54,650 nucleotides of DNA from Methanosarcinales archaeon (lineage in GTDB: Archaea; Halobacteriota; Syntropharchaeia; Alkanophagales; Methanospirareceae): positions 1 through 54,650 of the forward strand of contig JAUWQN010000002.1 of the NCBI GenBank assembly GCA_030611045.1. The letters are read 5' to 3'. Both the position numbers and the translations under genes were made by a program. Each line of letters opens with the position of its first letter. The stretch's first letter is position 1. This document shows, in pieces, positions 13,538 through 21,744 of the stretch. The notes under the pieces are model-generated. The model did not search any database. It saw only the letters and a list, made by a program, of their open reading frames with translations, and had not been told where the DNA came from.

Positions 13538-14170
13538 TTAAAAAAGTTTTAAAGAAAAGGGTTTAATAGTGAACAGTTCATCAAGCTTCTCTATGTGCTC
13601 ATCACCTGCAGATTTCGCGCCCACGCCGATTACCGAACAGCCAGCAGCTTTACCAGCCTGATAATCAGTTTTTGTATCCCCCACAAGTATCGCGTGCTCA
13701 GGCTTCACGTTTAGCCGCTCACATGCCGTGATTACAATCTCAGCATCCGGCTTACCTCGTTTCACGTCATTGCCAGTAAGAATCACATCAAAATGGTTAG
13801 ATAGCTGGAAGTGCTCCAAGATCTTGTTAACGTTCTCTCTCGGCGTATTCGTGACCAACCCTACCTTAAGCTGATAGTCCTCTCGCGTACGATGCAATAC
13901 CTCTTCTGCATCGGGGAACAGCTCTATAAGCCCTATCAAATTCAGTTGCTCACGTACGCAACGCCGTGCGGCATCTTCACCCAGATTTAACGCAGCCAGG
14001 TTATGTCTCAGGTCAGGACCCCAACATTTCTCTTCAAACGTTTCTCTACTTATTTCTCCCTTGCCGTACGCTCGCAACATTTTACTAAAAGCTTGATACC
14101 AGCTTTCAAATGAGTTTATCAGCACACCATCAAGGTCGAATAAGATTGCGTCTATTTTTCTCTCGTTCAT
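13538..14170 (-). CDS. HAD-superfamily hydrolase (phosphatase, beta-PGM/PGP-like subfamily)
   Basis: Motif I DAILFDLDGVLINS, motif II LVTNTP, motif IV VGDTKTD. Confidence 0.8.
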   Translation of the reverse strand: MNERKIDAILFDLDGVLINSFESWYQAFSKMLRAYGKGEISRETFEEKCWGPDLRHNLAALNLGEDAARRCVREQLNLIGLIELFPDAEEVLHRTREDYQLKVGLVTNTPRENVNKILEHFQLSNHFDVILTGNDVKRGKPDAEIVITACERLNVKPEHAILVGDTKTDYQAGKAAGCSVIGVGAKSAGDEHIEKLDELFTIKPFSLKLF

Positions 14171-14282
14171 CGTATGTAAGTATGTGGTGATAGCTTAACA
14201 TCATTTTTAAATTTTGCGCTCTAAAACGTCCATAAAAGAATCTCCCGAACACTTTTTTATTTGTAACCTTTTCTTTAGTTTG

Positions 14283-14951
14283 ATGCTCAAGTACTTCGAC
14301 CTCAATGTCCATGCATATCCGGAAACCGATACGCCAGTAGAGGAACTGCTCAGCGTTGCGAAACGATACGGCTATGCCGGCATCGCAATAACAAACCACG
14401 ATAATATTGTGGGAGAGGATTTAGCATCAAATTATATCTTTACCGGAGTAGAGATAAAAGCAAATTCTGTTTCTGACCTGAAAAGGAAAATAAACCTTCA
14501 CTGGGGCAAAGTGTCCTTATTAGCGGTTCATGGCGGTAATGATAAAATAAATAGAGCGGCAGTAGAGAATCCAAAGGTGGATATATTGGCTCATCCGTGT
14601 GGAGAGAAAGGAGAAGGAGAATTGAACCACGTATTGGTGAGATACGCTGCTGAGAATGGTGTTGCAATCGATTTTAACATGAATTCGATAATCCACAGCC
14701 GAAGGGGTGAAAGAGCACGAACCCTCGGTAAAATGCGTGAGATTTTGAAGCTTGTAAGGAAATATAACACCCCGATGATATTAACCAGCCATGCACACAC
14801 CACCTACGATTTGAGAGCACCACGAGAGATGATTGCACTTGCAGCCCTGTTTGGAATGCCTAAAGAAGAGGCTACGAGTGCGTTATGCGATATTCCCAGG
14901 GGCGTATTAGAGAAGAGATGGAAAAAGGAGAGAGATGTGGAGATAATATGA
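14283..14951 (+). CDS. rnp3: RNase P protein component 3 (Rpp30)
   Basis: MLKYFDLNVHAYPE...AKRYGYAGIAITNH, a PHP/TIM-like p30 pattern. ATG 14283 is chosen inside the longer ORF 14214..14951. Confidence 0.8.
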   Translation: MLKYFDLNVHAYPETDTPVEELLSVAKRYGYAGIAITNHDNIVGEDLASNYIFTGVEIKANSVSDLKRKINLHWGKVSLLAVHGGNDKINRAAVENPKVDILAHPCGEKGEGELNHVLVRYAAENGVAIDFNMNSIIHSRRGERARTLGKMREILKLVRKYNTPMILTSHAHTTYDLRAPREMIALAALFGMPKEEATSALCDIPRGVLEKRWKKERDVEII

Positions 14952-15322
14952 ATATGAAATATATCCTGAGTTTGCTGCTTCATCTGCCTCCCTCTCTTCG
15001 TGAAAGGAGACGGTATCTTCGCTTTGAGGTGATCTGTGAACGAGAAATAGATAAGAGGGAATTGTTGAAAGAGATATGGGACTCGCTTTATGCATTATAC
15101 GGCGATGTAGGAGCAAGTGAAAGTAAGGTATGGCTGATCGAATACCATAAAAGTGAAGATGCAAACAGCGGCGGGGGCATCCTGAGATGCGCTCATGATA
15201 AAGTCGATGAAGTAAGGGCGTCTTTAGCGTGCATTCATTCAGTAAATGACGCACAGATTGGAATACGAGTAATCAAAATTTCAGGGACGATAAAAGGGGC
15301 AACTCTCCTGCGGCGACAATGA
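14948..15322 (+). CDS. rnp2: RNase P protein component 2 (Pop5)
   Basis: LPPSLRERRRYLRFEVICE...LYALYGDVGAS, a Pop5 pattern. It makes an ATGA overlap with the rnp3 stop (14948-14951). Confidence 0.8.
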   Translation: MNMKYILSLLLHLPPSLRERRRYLRFEVICEREIDKRELLKEIWDSLYALYGDVGASESKVWLIEYHKSEDANSGGGILRCAHDKVDEVRASLACIHSVNDAQIGIRVIKISGTIKGATLLRRQ

Positions 15323-15347
15323 ATGCACTCGGTATTTTGCATTTCTT

Positions 15348-16514
15348 TTAACCACGCCCCTTCAACATCTCTATAAACATCGCTAAATCCCTTTTCGTGA
15401 TAATTCCTATGATCTTCCCACTTTCCTCTCCTTCCACCGCCAAAACCTTCTTTTTCGTGCTTACCATTCGTTTTAGCGCTTCTATTGCTTCTTCTCCTTG
15501 TGATATAACGTCGCTCATTATATCAAAGGAGCTTATTATTATATCGGAGACATTTAATGGGTAACGTTGCTCGGCTGATAGCTTCTTAATTTCGCCGAAG
15601 GTTACGAAGCCCTTGAACTCGCCGTCTTCGTTTACCACTGCATATTCGGCGTTTTTCTCCGCAAGCATCTTCTCCACCAGCGCCGTGATGGGTATATCTT
15701 CCAGGACACTCGCGTTATCTGTTCTCATCACTTGTTTTACCGTTAGTCCCTCTAACGTGGCAACCGTGATCGTAGCACTTTCTTCTTCTGTTGCCGCTAT
15801 GTATAAAAAGAGGGCAATGAACGCTAAAAACGGGTTAAACGGTATTCTCACGTCTCCGGTAGAATAAAGTATAAAGGGATCGGGCATAAAGCCCACGATT
15901 GCCATTATAACAGCAAATGTCTTCCCCACGAATACTGCTCTCCTGGTCGCTTTGAGGAATTGCATACGTTTTGCAAGAAAAGCTCGTAACACCCGCCCAC
16001 CATCCATTGGAAAGGCAGGTAATAAGTTAAACGTGGCTAAAACCACATTAAGAAGCCCGAGGCTAAACAGTAAGATTGTAAGCGGGTCGTAAATAGCCAC
16101 GTGTACTGCGGCTATACCAAAATACGTGAAAAGGAATGCTCCACCGATGGCAAAACTCATCAAAGGTCCCACAATTGCTATCCGCAACTCCTTATCCGGC
16201 TCCTTTGGTAAATCCTCCATCATGGCTATGCCGCCAAAGATGAAAAGAGTGATGCCCCTTATTTTTGTCCCGTATTTCATCGCAACGTATGAATGGGACA
16301 GCTCGTGGAGTAATAAAGAGAGGAAAAAAAGAAAAGCCGCTATGGCCGCTAAGGATAGGCGGAAAGGTGTGGATAGTTCCCCAAGGTTTCCCAAGCCCAC
16401 CGGTCCTGGAGCTTCCGCAAACATCAGTACAATGAGCGGGAGGAGAATGAAAAAGGAGAAATGCAATCGTATAGGTATGCCAATAATTCTGCCAACTTGT
16501 ATAGATGTTTGCAT
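15348..16514 (-). CDS. site-2 protease family (M50) zinc metalloprotease with two CBS domains
   Basis: HELSHSYVAMKYG (HExxH), NLLPAFPMDGGRVL, multiple TM helices and a C-terminal CBS pair. Confidence 0.85.
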   Translation of the reverse strand: MQTSIQVGRIIGIPIRLHFSFFILLPLIVLMFAEAPGPVGLGNLGELSTPFRLSLAAIAAFLFFLSLLLHELSHSYVAMKYGTKIRGITLFIFGGIAMMEDLPKEPDKELRIAIVGPLMSFAIGGAFLFTYFGIAAVHVAIYDPLTILLFSLGLLNVVLATFNLLPAFPMDGGRVLRAFLAKRMQFLKATRRAVFVGKTFAVIMAIVGFMPDPFILYSTGDVRIPFNPFLAFIALFLYIAATEEESATITVATLEGLTVKQVMRTDNASVLEDIPITALVEKMLAEKNAEYAVVNEDGEFKGFVTFGEIKKLSAEQRYPLNVSDIIISSFDIMSDVISQGEEAIEALKRMVSTKKKVLAVEGEESGKIIGIITKRDLAMFIEMLKGRG

Positions 16515-16540
16515 CGTTTATCGTTAGATTAATCAGTTAA

Positions 16541-16550
16541 TTATATATAT
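16541..16550. promoter_or_regulatory. TTATATATAT TATA-like box shared by the divergent S2P and PRC-barrel genes
   Basis: It is the only A/T alternating box in the 60-nt divergent gap. It lies 25-34 nt upstream of ATG 16575 and 27-36 nt upstream of the reverse-strand ATG at 16514. Confidence 0.4.
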
Positions 16551-16574
16551 TACCGTCAATTCATAAATAGCATT

Positions 16575-16862
16575 ATGGAAATACAATTGTCTTCTTTATA
16601 TGGGCAGGATTTGTACACGGATAGAGGGATATACGTCGGTAAAATTGAGGATGTGAGTGTGGACATAAGGGAGAAGAGAGTGTCTGGTCTGGCAGTGAAG
16701 AACGTGAACCCAAACGCTTTCAACGCGGGCAAGAGGAAAGGGGTGATCGTTCCTTACCGATGGGTAACCGCAATTGGGGATATAGTGCTCATAAAGCACG
16801 TGAGGAGAAGAGCGGCGGAGCGAGAGGGCGAAGAAGAAGAGGAAGGAAAAAGGGAGCGGTAG
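16575..16862 (+). CDS. PRC-barrel domain protein with acidic tail
   Basis: LYGQDLYTDRGIYVGKIEDVSVDIREKRVSGLAV is typical of a PRC barrel. The C-terminal tail is Glu-rich. Confidence 0.7.
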   Translation: MEIQLSSLYGQDLYTDRGIYVGKIEDVSVDIREKRVSGLAVKNVNPNAFNAGKRKGVIVPYRWVTAIGDIVLIKHVRRRAAEREGEEEEEGKRER

Positions 16863-16898
16863 GCAATAAAAGAAAAGAAGTAGTAGAAAGAGTCAGGG

Positions 16899-17675
16899 AT
16901 GACTGATCTGAACCGCGAGAGACTTTATAATAAGAACCGGGATAGGGAGGTCTACGCAGCTATAAAAGCTATTCCTCCTCTGATCGTACGTGCTGATGGG
17001 AGGAACTTCAGGCGTGTCTTAAGCGACGAGTTTGAGAAACCGTATGACGAGCGATTCGCAAAAGGGATGGCGAAAGCAGTGGCGATCTTTTTCGAGAAGA
17101 GCGGGTTCGACTCAAAGCTTGCTTACATCTTCTCAGATGAGATAAATCTTCTTTTTACGCATGTTATTTTTAAAGGAAGGATAGAGAAGCTGGATTCTGT
17201 AATTGCGAGTTTTTTAGCAAGTGCGTTGACCATCGTTTTGGACTTTAAAGAGGCTGTTGCCTTCGATGCACGGATTATCCCTGTTTGCAGCGGAGAGGAT
17301 GTTTTGGAATATCTCGTGCAGCGGCAGGCAGAAGCATGGCGAAACCATATTAATGCTTATGGATATTACGGACTGCAAGAGTCCGGGCTGAGCGAGAAAG
17401 AGGCTGAGAAGCGACTGAAAGGGATGAAGGCACCGCAGGTACATGAGATGCTTTTTCGTAAAGGGGTTAACCTGAATGAAACGCCGAAATGGCAAAAACG
17501 GGGCATTTTGATTGCTAAGGAACGGTATGAAAAAGAAGGTTACAATCCAAAAGCGGCGACAGAAGTTACGGTTACACGCTACAAGATAGTCCAGCTCTGG
17601 GACCTGCCGTTATTCGGATCTGAGGAAGGTCGAAATTTGATAGCGGAACTAATCGAAAATGAGAACATATCTTGA
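16899..17675 (+). CDS. thg1: tRNA(His) guanylyltransferase / Thg1-like protein
   Basis: The N-terminal PPLIVRADGRNFRRV and FSDEINLLF pattern is typical of the Thg1 family. Confidence 0.85.
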   Translation: MTDLNRERLYNKNRDREVYAAIKAIPPLIVRADGRNFRRVLSDEFEKPYDERFAKGMAKAVAIFFEKSGFDSKLAYIFSDEINLLFTHVIFKGRIEKLDSVIASFLASALTIVLDFKEAVAFDARIIPVCSGEDVLEYLVQRQAEAWRNHINAYGYYGLQESGLSEKEAEKRLKGMKAPQVHEMLFRKGVNLNETPKWQKRGILIAKERYEKEGYNPKAATEVTVTRYKIVQLWDLPLFGSEEGRNLIAELIENENIS

Positions 17676-18504
17676 CTGCATTCCCTGTTTCGTTGATCAA
17701 GCACTCCGTGCAGGACGAATAGCAACAGATGATGAAAAGAAACTAAAAAGGATATTAGATGAAGTTGGAATGATGCTCAGAGATATTCCTCTTGAAAGCA
17801 CACCACCGGAAACAGGAATGCTCGTATACGAGAAAGTACGGGAAATCACAGGAGAATTTGATCCTTATAAGGAACTAAAAATCGAGAGTACTGAAAAAGC
17901 CTTGGCATTATATCCTTCTTTGAAGAGGATAGTTGAACAGTCAAATGATAAGCTCCTTACCGCAATAAGAATGGCGATTGCAGGAAATGTGATAGATTTC
18001 GGCCCCAACAAAGTTTTTGATATCGAAGAAGAGATAGATGTCGTGCTCAAGAAAGATTTTGCGATATACGATTACGATAAATTCAAAGATGGCTTAGATA
18101 AAACCAATGAGATTCTGTATCTCGGTGATAATGCGGGGGAAGCTGTTTTTGATAGAATTTTAATAGAGGCATTGAAAAAGCCAGTGACATATGTCGTTAG
18201 GGATGTACCGGTTATAAATGATGTGACATATGAGGACGCTATACAGGCAGGTATTGATGAAGTTGCGAGTATAGTATCATCCGGAACGAGTGCGCCTGGC
18301 ACTATCCTTAAAACATGCACTGCGGAATTTAAAGATGTGTATAACAACTCGAATTTTATAATCAGTAAGGGGCAGGGAAATTACGAGGGACTTTCTAATG
18401 AAAAACGACCCGTCTTCTTTCTGTTAAAAGTAAAGTGTCATGTTATAGCTCACGATATTGGTGTCAATGTTGGCGATATCGTATTGAAAGGAATGAACGT
18501 TTGA
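17659..18504 (+). CDS. DUF89 (ARMT1-like) damage-control phosphatase family protein
   Basis: MRTYLDCIPCFVDQALRA start, LYLGDNAGEAVFD and ISKGQGNYEGLS motifs of DUF89. It overlaps the thg1 end by 17 nt. Confidence 0.8.
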   Translation: MRTYLDCIPCFVDQALRAGRIATDDEKKLKRILDEVGMMLRDIPLESTPPETGMLVYEKVREITGEFDPYKELKIESTEKALALYPSLKRIVEQSNDKLLTAIRMAIAGNVIDFGPNKVFDIEEEIDVVLKKDFAIYDYDKFKDGLDKTNEILYLGDNAGEAVFDRILIEALKKPVTYVVRDVPVINDVTYEDAIQAGIDEVASIVSSGTSAPGTILKTCTAEFKDVYNNSNFIISKGQGNYEGLSNEKRPVFFLLKVKCHVIAHDIGVNVGDIVLKGMNV

Positions 18505-18574
18505 AAATTCGAAGAAAAAAAGTAATCGCACCACTCATGGATTTCTTCAATCTGTGCTAATCATCGCCCAGTTA

Positions 18575-18649
18575 TGGGCCCGAAGGGATTCGAACCCTTG
18601 ACCGCCCGGTTATGAGCCGGGCGCTCTAACCATGCTAAGCTACGGGCCC
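18575..18649 (-). tRNA. tRNA with CAU anticodon (elongator Met or Ile2), no encoded CCA
   Basis: The reverse strand folds as GGGCCCG-UA-GCUU..AGAGC-G-CCCGG-CUCAUAA-CCGGG-CGGUC-AAGGG-UUCGAAU-CCCUU-CGGGCCC-A. This is a 75-nt canonical cloverleaf. Confidence 0.9.
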
Positions 18650-18677
18650 CTTATCTCTTAGTAGTATAGCACCGTTT

Positions 18678-18685
18678 CATATAAA
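18678..18685 (-). promoter_or_regulatory. TATA box (TTTATATG) for the tRNA gene
   Basis: The reverse-strand TTTATATG is centred about 33 nt upstream of the mature tRNA 5' end and is preceded by an A-rich BRE-like stretch. Confidence 0.5.
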
Positions 18686-18760
18686 TAATTTTATATGTGT
18701 ATGAACCAATAGAGCTAAATGTAGCTTAGTATAAGTCATATCTTAGCAGTTAATGAAACG

Positions 18761-19822
18761 ATGAAAATAGCTTTTTACCATCGCACTGTAAGTGGTGGAA
18801 TAAAGACGCACGTTGAAGCACTCTCGCACGAATTCGAGAAGTTGGGACATGAAGTAAAGAGTATAGACCAGTTTTCGCTCGGCTCGCACATGCTGGGTAA
18901 TTCGGCGGGTGGTATTTCGTATGGTTTTGACTTCGCACTCGGAAAGATAAAAAAAGAGGTGGAAGATTGCGACGTTCTCCATATACACCACGCAGCTACG
19001 TTCTCTGAATATTTCCTACCCTTTTCTTCCATCTGCTCTGAGGTCAACATTGTCAATACGTTCCATATTCAAGCGGGGGAGGGTCTCAGCGGTGAGGTCG
19101 CAAAAACACTTATATCAATGCTTGTTACTCTTTATACCGGTCGTTCAAAGAAATTCATCTCGGTAAGTGCAGAAATTGCCGAGTATATTCGCCAACATTG
19201 CTATGGTTATGGCTATGGCGATAATGGTAACGGAACTGAACTCGTGGTTATACCAAACGGCGTGGATGTAAAACGTTTTCACCCCGCAGAAAAGGATGAA
19301 AAAGAAAGCAACGAGCGGGGAAAGAGCATCTGTATAGGCTATCTTGGACGATTGTCTCCTGAAAAGAATGTCATAAATATGATAAAGGCAGTGAAGGCGT
19401 TGGACGTAGACAACGTCTGTTTAAAGATTGCGGGTGCTGGCCCGCTGTATAGCAAAGTGAAAAGGCTGGAAGACGAACGAACAAAGGTTTTAGGGTATGT
19501 TAAAGACGCCCCGTCCTTCTATCGAGGCATAGACGTTTTCTTATTGCCTTCTAAGCTTGAAGCACAGCCAATTGCACTGCTCGAAGCGATGGCGTCTGGG
19601 CTGCCGATTATTGCCACCGATGTTGGGGATAACAAGCATTTTGTCCGTGGGAATGGCATAATCTGTGGCACATCAGCGAAGGAAATAGGAGCTGCAATAA
19701 ACGCGATGCTACGAGAAAACTGGGAAAAGATGGGCGTAGAGTCAAGGAAATTGGTTGAACGGGACTACACGTGGGATAAGATAGCAGCACGGACACTGGA
19801 TGTGTATAAAGCCACGCTATAA
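18761..19822 (+). CDS. GT4-family (GT-B fold) glycosyltransferase
   Basis: MKIAFYHRTVSGGIKTHV start and the C-terminal EAQPIALLEAMASGLPIIATDVG motif (EX7E-type). Confidence 0.85.
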   Translation: MKIAFYHRTVSGGIKTHVEALSHEFEKLGHEVKSIDQFSLGSHMLGNSAGGISYGFDFALGKIKKEVEDCDVLHIHHAATFSEYFLPFSSICSEVNIVNTFHIQAGEGLSGEVAKTLISMLVTLYTGRSKKFISVSAEIAEYIRQHCYGYGYGDNGNGTELVVIPNGVDVKRFHPAEKDEKESNERGKSICIGYLGRLSPEKNVINMIKAVKALDVDNVCLKIAGAGPLYSKVKRLEDERTKVLGYVKDAPSFYRGIDVFLLPSKLEAQPIALLEAMASGLPIIATDVGDNKHFVRGNGIICGTSAKEIGAAINAMLRENWEKMGVESRKLVERDYTWDKIAARTLDVYKATL

Positions 19823-19894
19823 TCTTAACAAGCCTTTCAATACGTATCCACAGGGGCTTCTTTTCGCTTCGCTTAGCTTAAACTTTTCGCGATT

Positions 19895-20785
19895 TTACTG
19901 TTTTTGTGGCGAGATATGGCCAATCTTAAAATTTGTGATGAAGTCTCTCGCCTCCTCCAAACAGCGGTCTTTACTAAGAACAGCCTTTTCCAACATGTAT
20001 TTTTCATCAGAAAACCCGACATAAACGGCTAATTCCACATTCTCGCCTTTACAATAAGCATGCACCCCTACTGGAAGCGAACATCCACCACCCATTACTT
20101 TTAATACTTCCTTCTCCGCTTCAGCCTCTACCCTCGTCTTTGCATCGTCTACCGCCTTTAAAATATTACTCTCCTCCGACCCTTTCCTCGTAACTACCGC
20201 AATTATTCCTTGCCCCGGTGAAGGCACAAACGGGTCACAATCCAGCCTTTCATATTCTATATTCAGATTCAACCGCTCAAGTCCTGCTTCCGCAAGAATC
20301 ACACCGTCATATTCACCTCTTCTAAATTTCTCAATCCTCGTGTCCACGTTACCCCGGATGTCCTTTATTTTTACTTTTACACTCTTCTTCTCCGTGTAGT
20401 TCAAAAATTGGTACTTCCTCCTCACACTTGAGGTTCCTATCACTGCACCCTCAGGCATATCAGCCAAACTATATTTCGAGACCAACACATCATACGGCGA
20501 ATCACGAGGCAAGACCGCGGAGGTCTCTAACCTTTCATCCCTTTCCAGAGGTATATCCTTCATGGAATGCACTGCAATGTCTATTTTATCGGTTAAAAGC
20601 ATTGTATCGAGTTTTTTAACAAAAACGCCCTCTGATGGCATCTCATATAATCCTCTATCCGTTATGACATCGCCTAAACTCTGCACCGATTTTATCTCGT
20701 AGCCCAATCCCAGCGCTCGCAACCGTTCACATACTTTCTCGGTCTGCAATATTGCCAGCTTACTACCTCTCGTCCCTATGATCAT
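19895..20785 (-). CDS. hemC: hydroxymethylbilane synthase (porphobilinogen deaminase)
   Basis: MIIGTRGSKLAILQTEKV, DIAVHSMKDIP and IRGNVDTRI motifs. Confidence 0.95.
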   Translation of the reverse strand: MIIGTRGSKLAILQTEKVCERLRALGLGYEIKSVQSLGDVITDRGLYEMPSEGVFVKKLDTMLLTDKIDIAVHSMKDIPLERDERLETSAVLPRDSPYDVLVSKYSLADMPEGAVIGTSSVRRKYQFLNYTEKKSVKVKIKDIRGNVDTRIEKFRRGEYDGVILAEAGLERLNLNIEYERLDCDPFVPSPGQGIIAVVTRKGSEESNILKAVDDAKTRVEAEAEKEVLKVMGGGCSLPVGVHAYCKGENVELAVYVGFSDEKYMLEKAVLSKDRCLEEARDFITNFKIGHISPQKQ

Positions 20786-20986
20786 TTGTAGTTTGCTAAA
20801 TGTATTCTTCTCATTCTACTAAAATCTTTTTTATATGTGGGGAATTAAAGTTTAACAACGGTGAAAAAATGGACCGCCACAAAAAGTGTGAAGAATAAAG
20901 ACACGCGATATGGGTAAAAGCGAAAGATGTTCGGGATAGTATTAAGCGGTTAGAAAAGGCAGCATTGAAATATCCAGAGGATATGT

Positions 20987-21385
20987 ATGACCATCCTTTC
21001 CGATATAGCATATCCTTATCTTGCTATTGATGATATAGACAATGCAGTCCGGATCTATCAGAAGATCATTGATCGGAAGGACCGCTTTGAACATGTCTGG
21101 GATAATGAACTTGGAGAAGCGTATTTATTCACGAAGAATTATGAGAAGGCTATTGAAATACTGGAAAACTCAAACGTTATTGATTATCATCAAGGTCTGT
21201 TTCTCGCTTTTGCATATCTCAAAGCTGGCGGCAGGAAGAAATTTAAGGAGCAATTTGACAAATGGATTTCAGAGAATTTGGAAAAATCTTTCGAGTTCGG
21301 TAGCTATAACCAGTATATCAAAGCTTTGTTCGGTGATGAGGACGCCAGGTTTATAGAAAGAAGATGTCTGGGACAAGTATTATGA
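20987..21385 (+). CDS. TPR-like hypothetical protein, possibly a gene fragment
   Basis: The helical repeat pattern (AVRIYQKIIDRKD..., EAYLFTKNYEKAIEILE) is TPR-like. The upstream sequence holds out-of-frame TPR-like pieces and the 3' end overlaps the IS remnant. Confidence 0.3.
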   Translation: MTILSDIAYPYLAIDDIDNAVRIYQKIIDRKDRFEHVWDNELGEAYLFTKNYEKAIEILENSNVIDYHQGLFLAFAYLKAGGRKKFKEQFDKWISENLEKSFEFGSYNQYIKALFGDEDARFIERRCLGQVL

Positions 21386-21722
21386 GAAATACAGCGGGTT
21401 CGATACGTATAAAACTGTGCTCAATGCTGATAAAATATACTTACAGGACGACGAGAGCGTCTTCGGACATGTATTTATATCGTTCCTTTCACTCTGTATC
21501 CACTGTAAACTGGAGCAGCTCTTGAAGAAAGCGGAACTCAACCGTAAGCTCACTCCGATTGATCGGTTGTTCAAATACGGCAAGGTATATCATGTCGATC
21601 TGGGGGGGCATAGCATGATCTCCGAGGTTCCAAAGAAGGTCAGGGACTTGGAGAAGAGAGACTTTGGTCGAACATATTCCCTAAGTGATGTGGAGTTAAG
21701 GTTACTAAGTAAAAAGAGATAA
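21357..21722 (+). mobile_element. C-terminal remnant of an IS1634/IS4-like DDE transposase
   Basis: The open frame from 21357 reads ...YYEKYSGFDTYKTVLNADKIYLQDDESVFGHVFISFLSLCIHCKLEQLL..., matching the conserved C-terminal region of IS1634-type transposases. Only about 120 codons remain and there is no N-terminal part. Confidence 0.55.
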
Positions 21723-21744
21723 CTACACTACAGGGAAGGTAAAG

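Noticed and set aside
18575-18649. Whether the CAU tRNA is the initiator.
   Set aside because: It has a G1:C72 pair and a CCCGG/CCGGG anticodon stem, rather than the A1:U72 pair and triple G-C features expected for an archaeal initiator. It is called elongator Met or Ile2, which cannot be separated by eye.
19195-19235. Short tandem codon repeat (TATGGT TATGGC TATGGC GATAAT GGTAAC GGA, encoding GYGYGDNGNG) in the glycosyltransferase.
   Set aside because: It is an in-frame low-complexity linker between the two Rossmann halves. It is not a repeat array or a regulatory feature.
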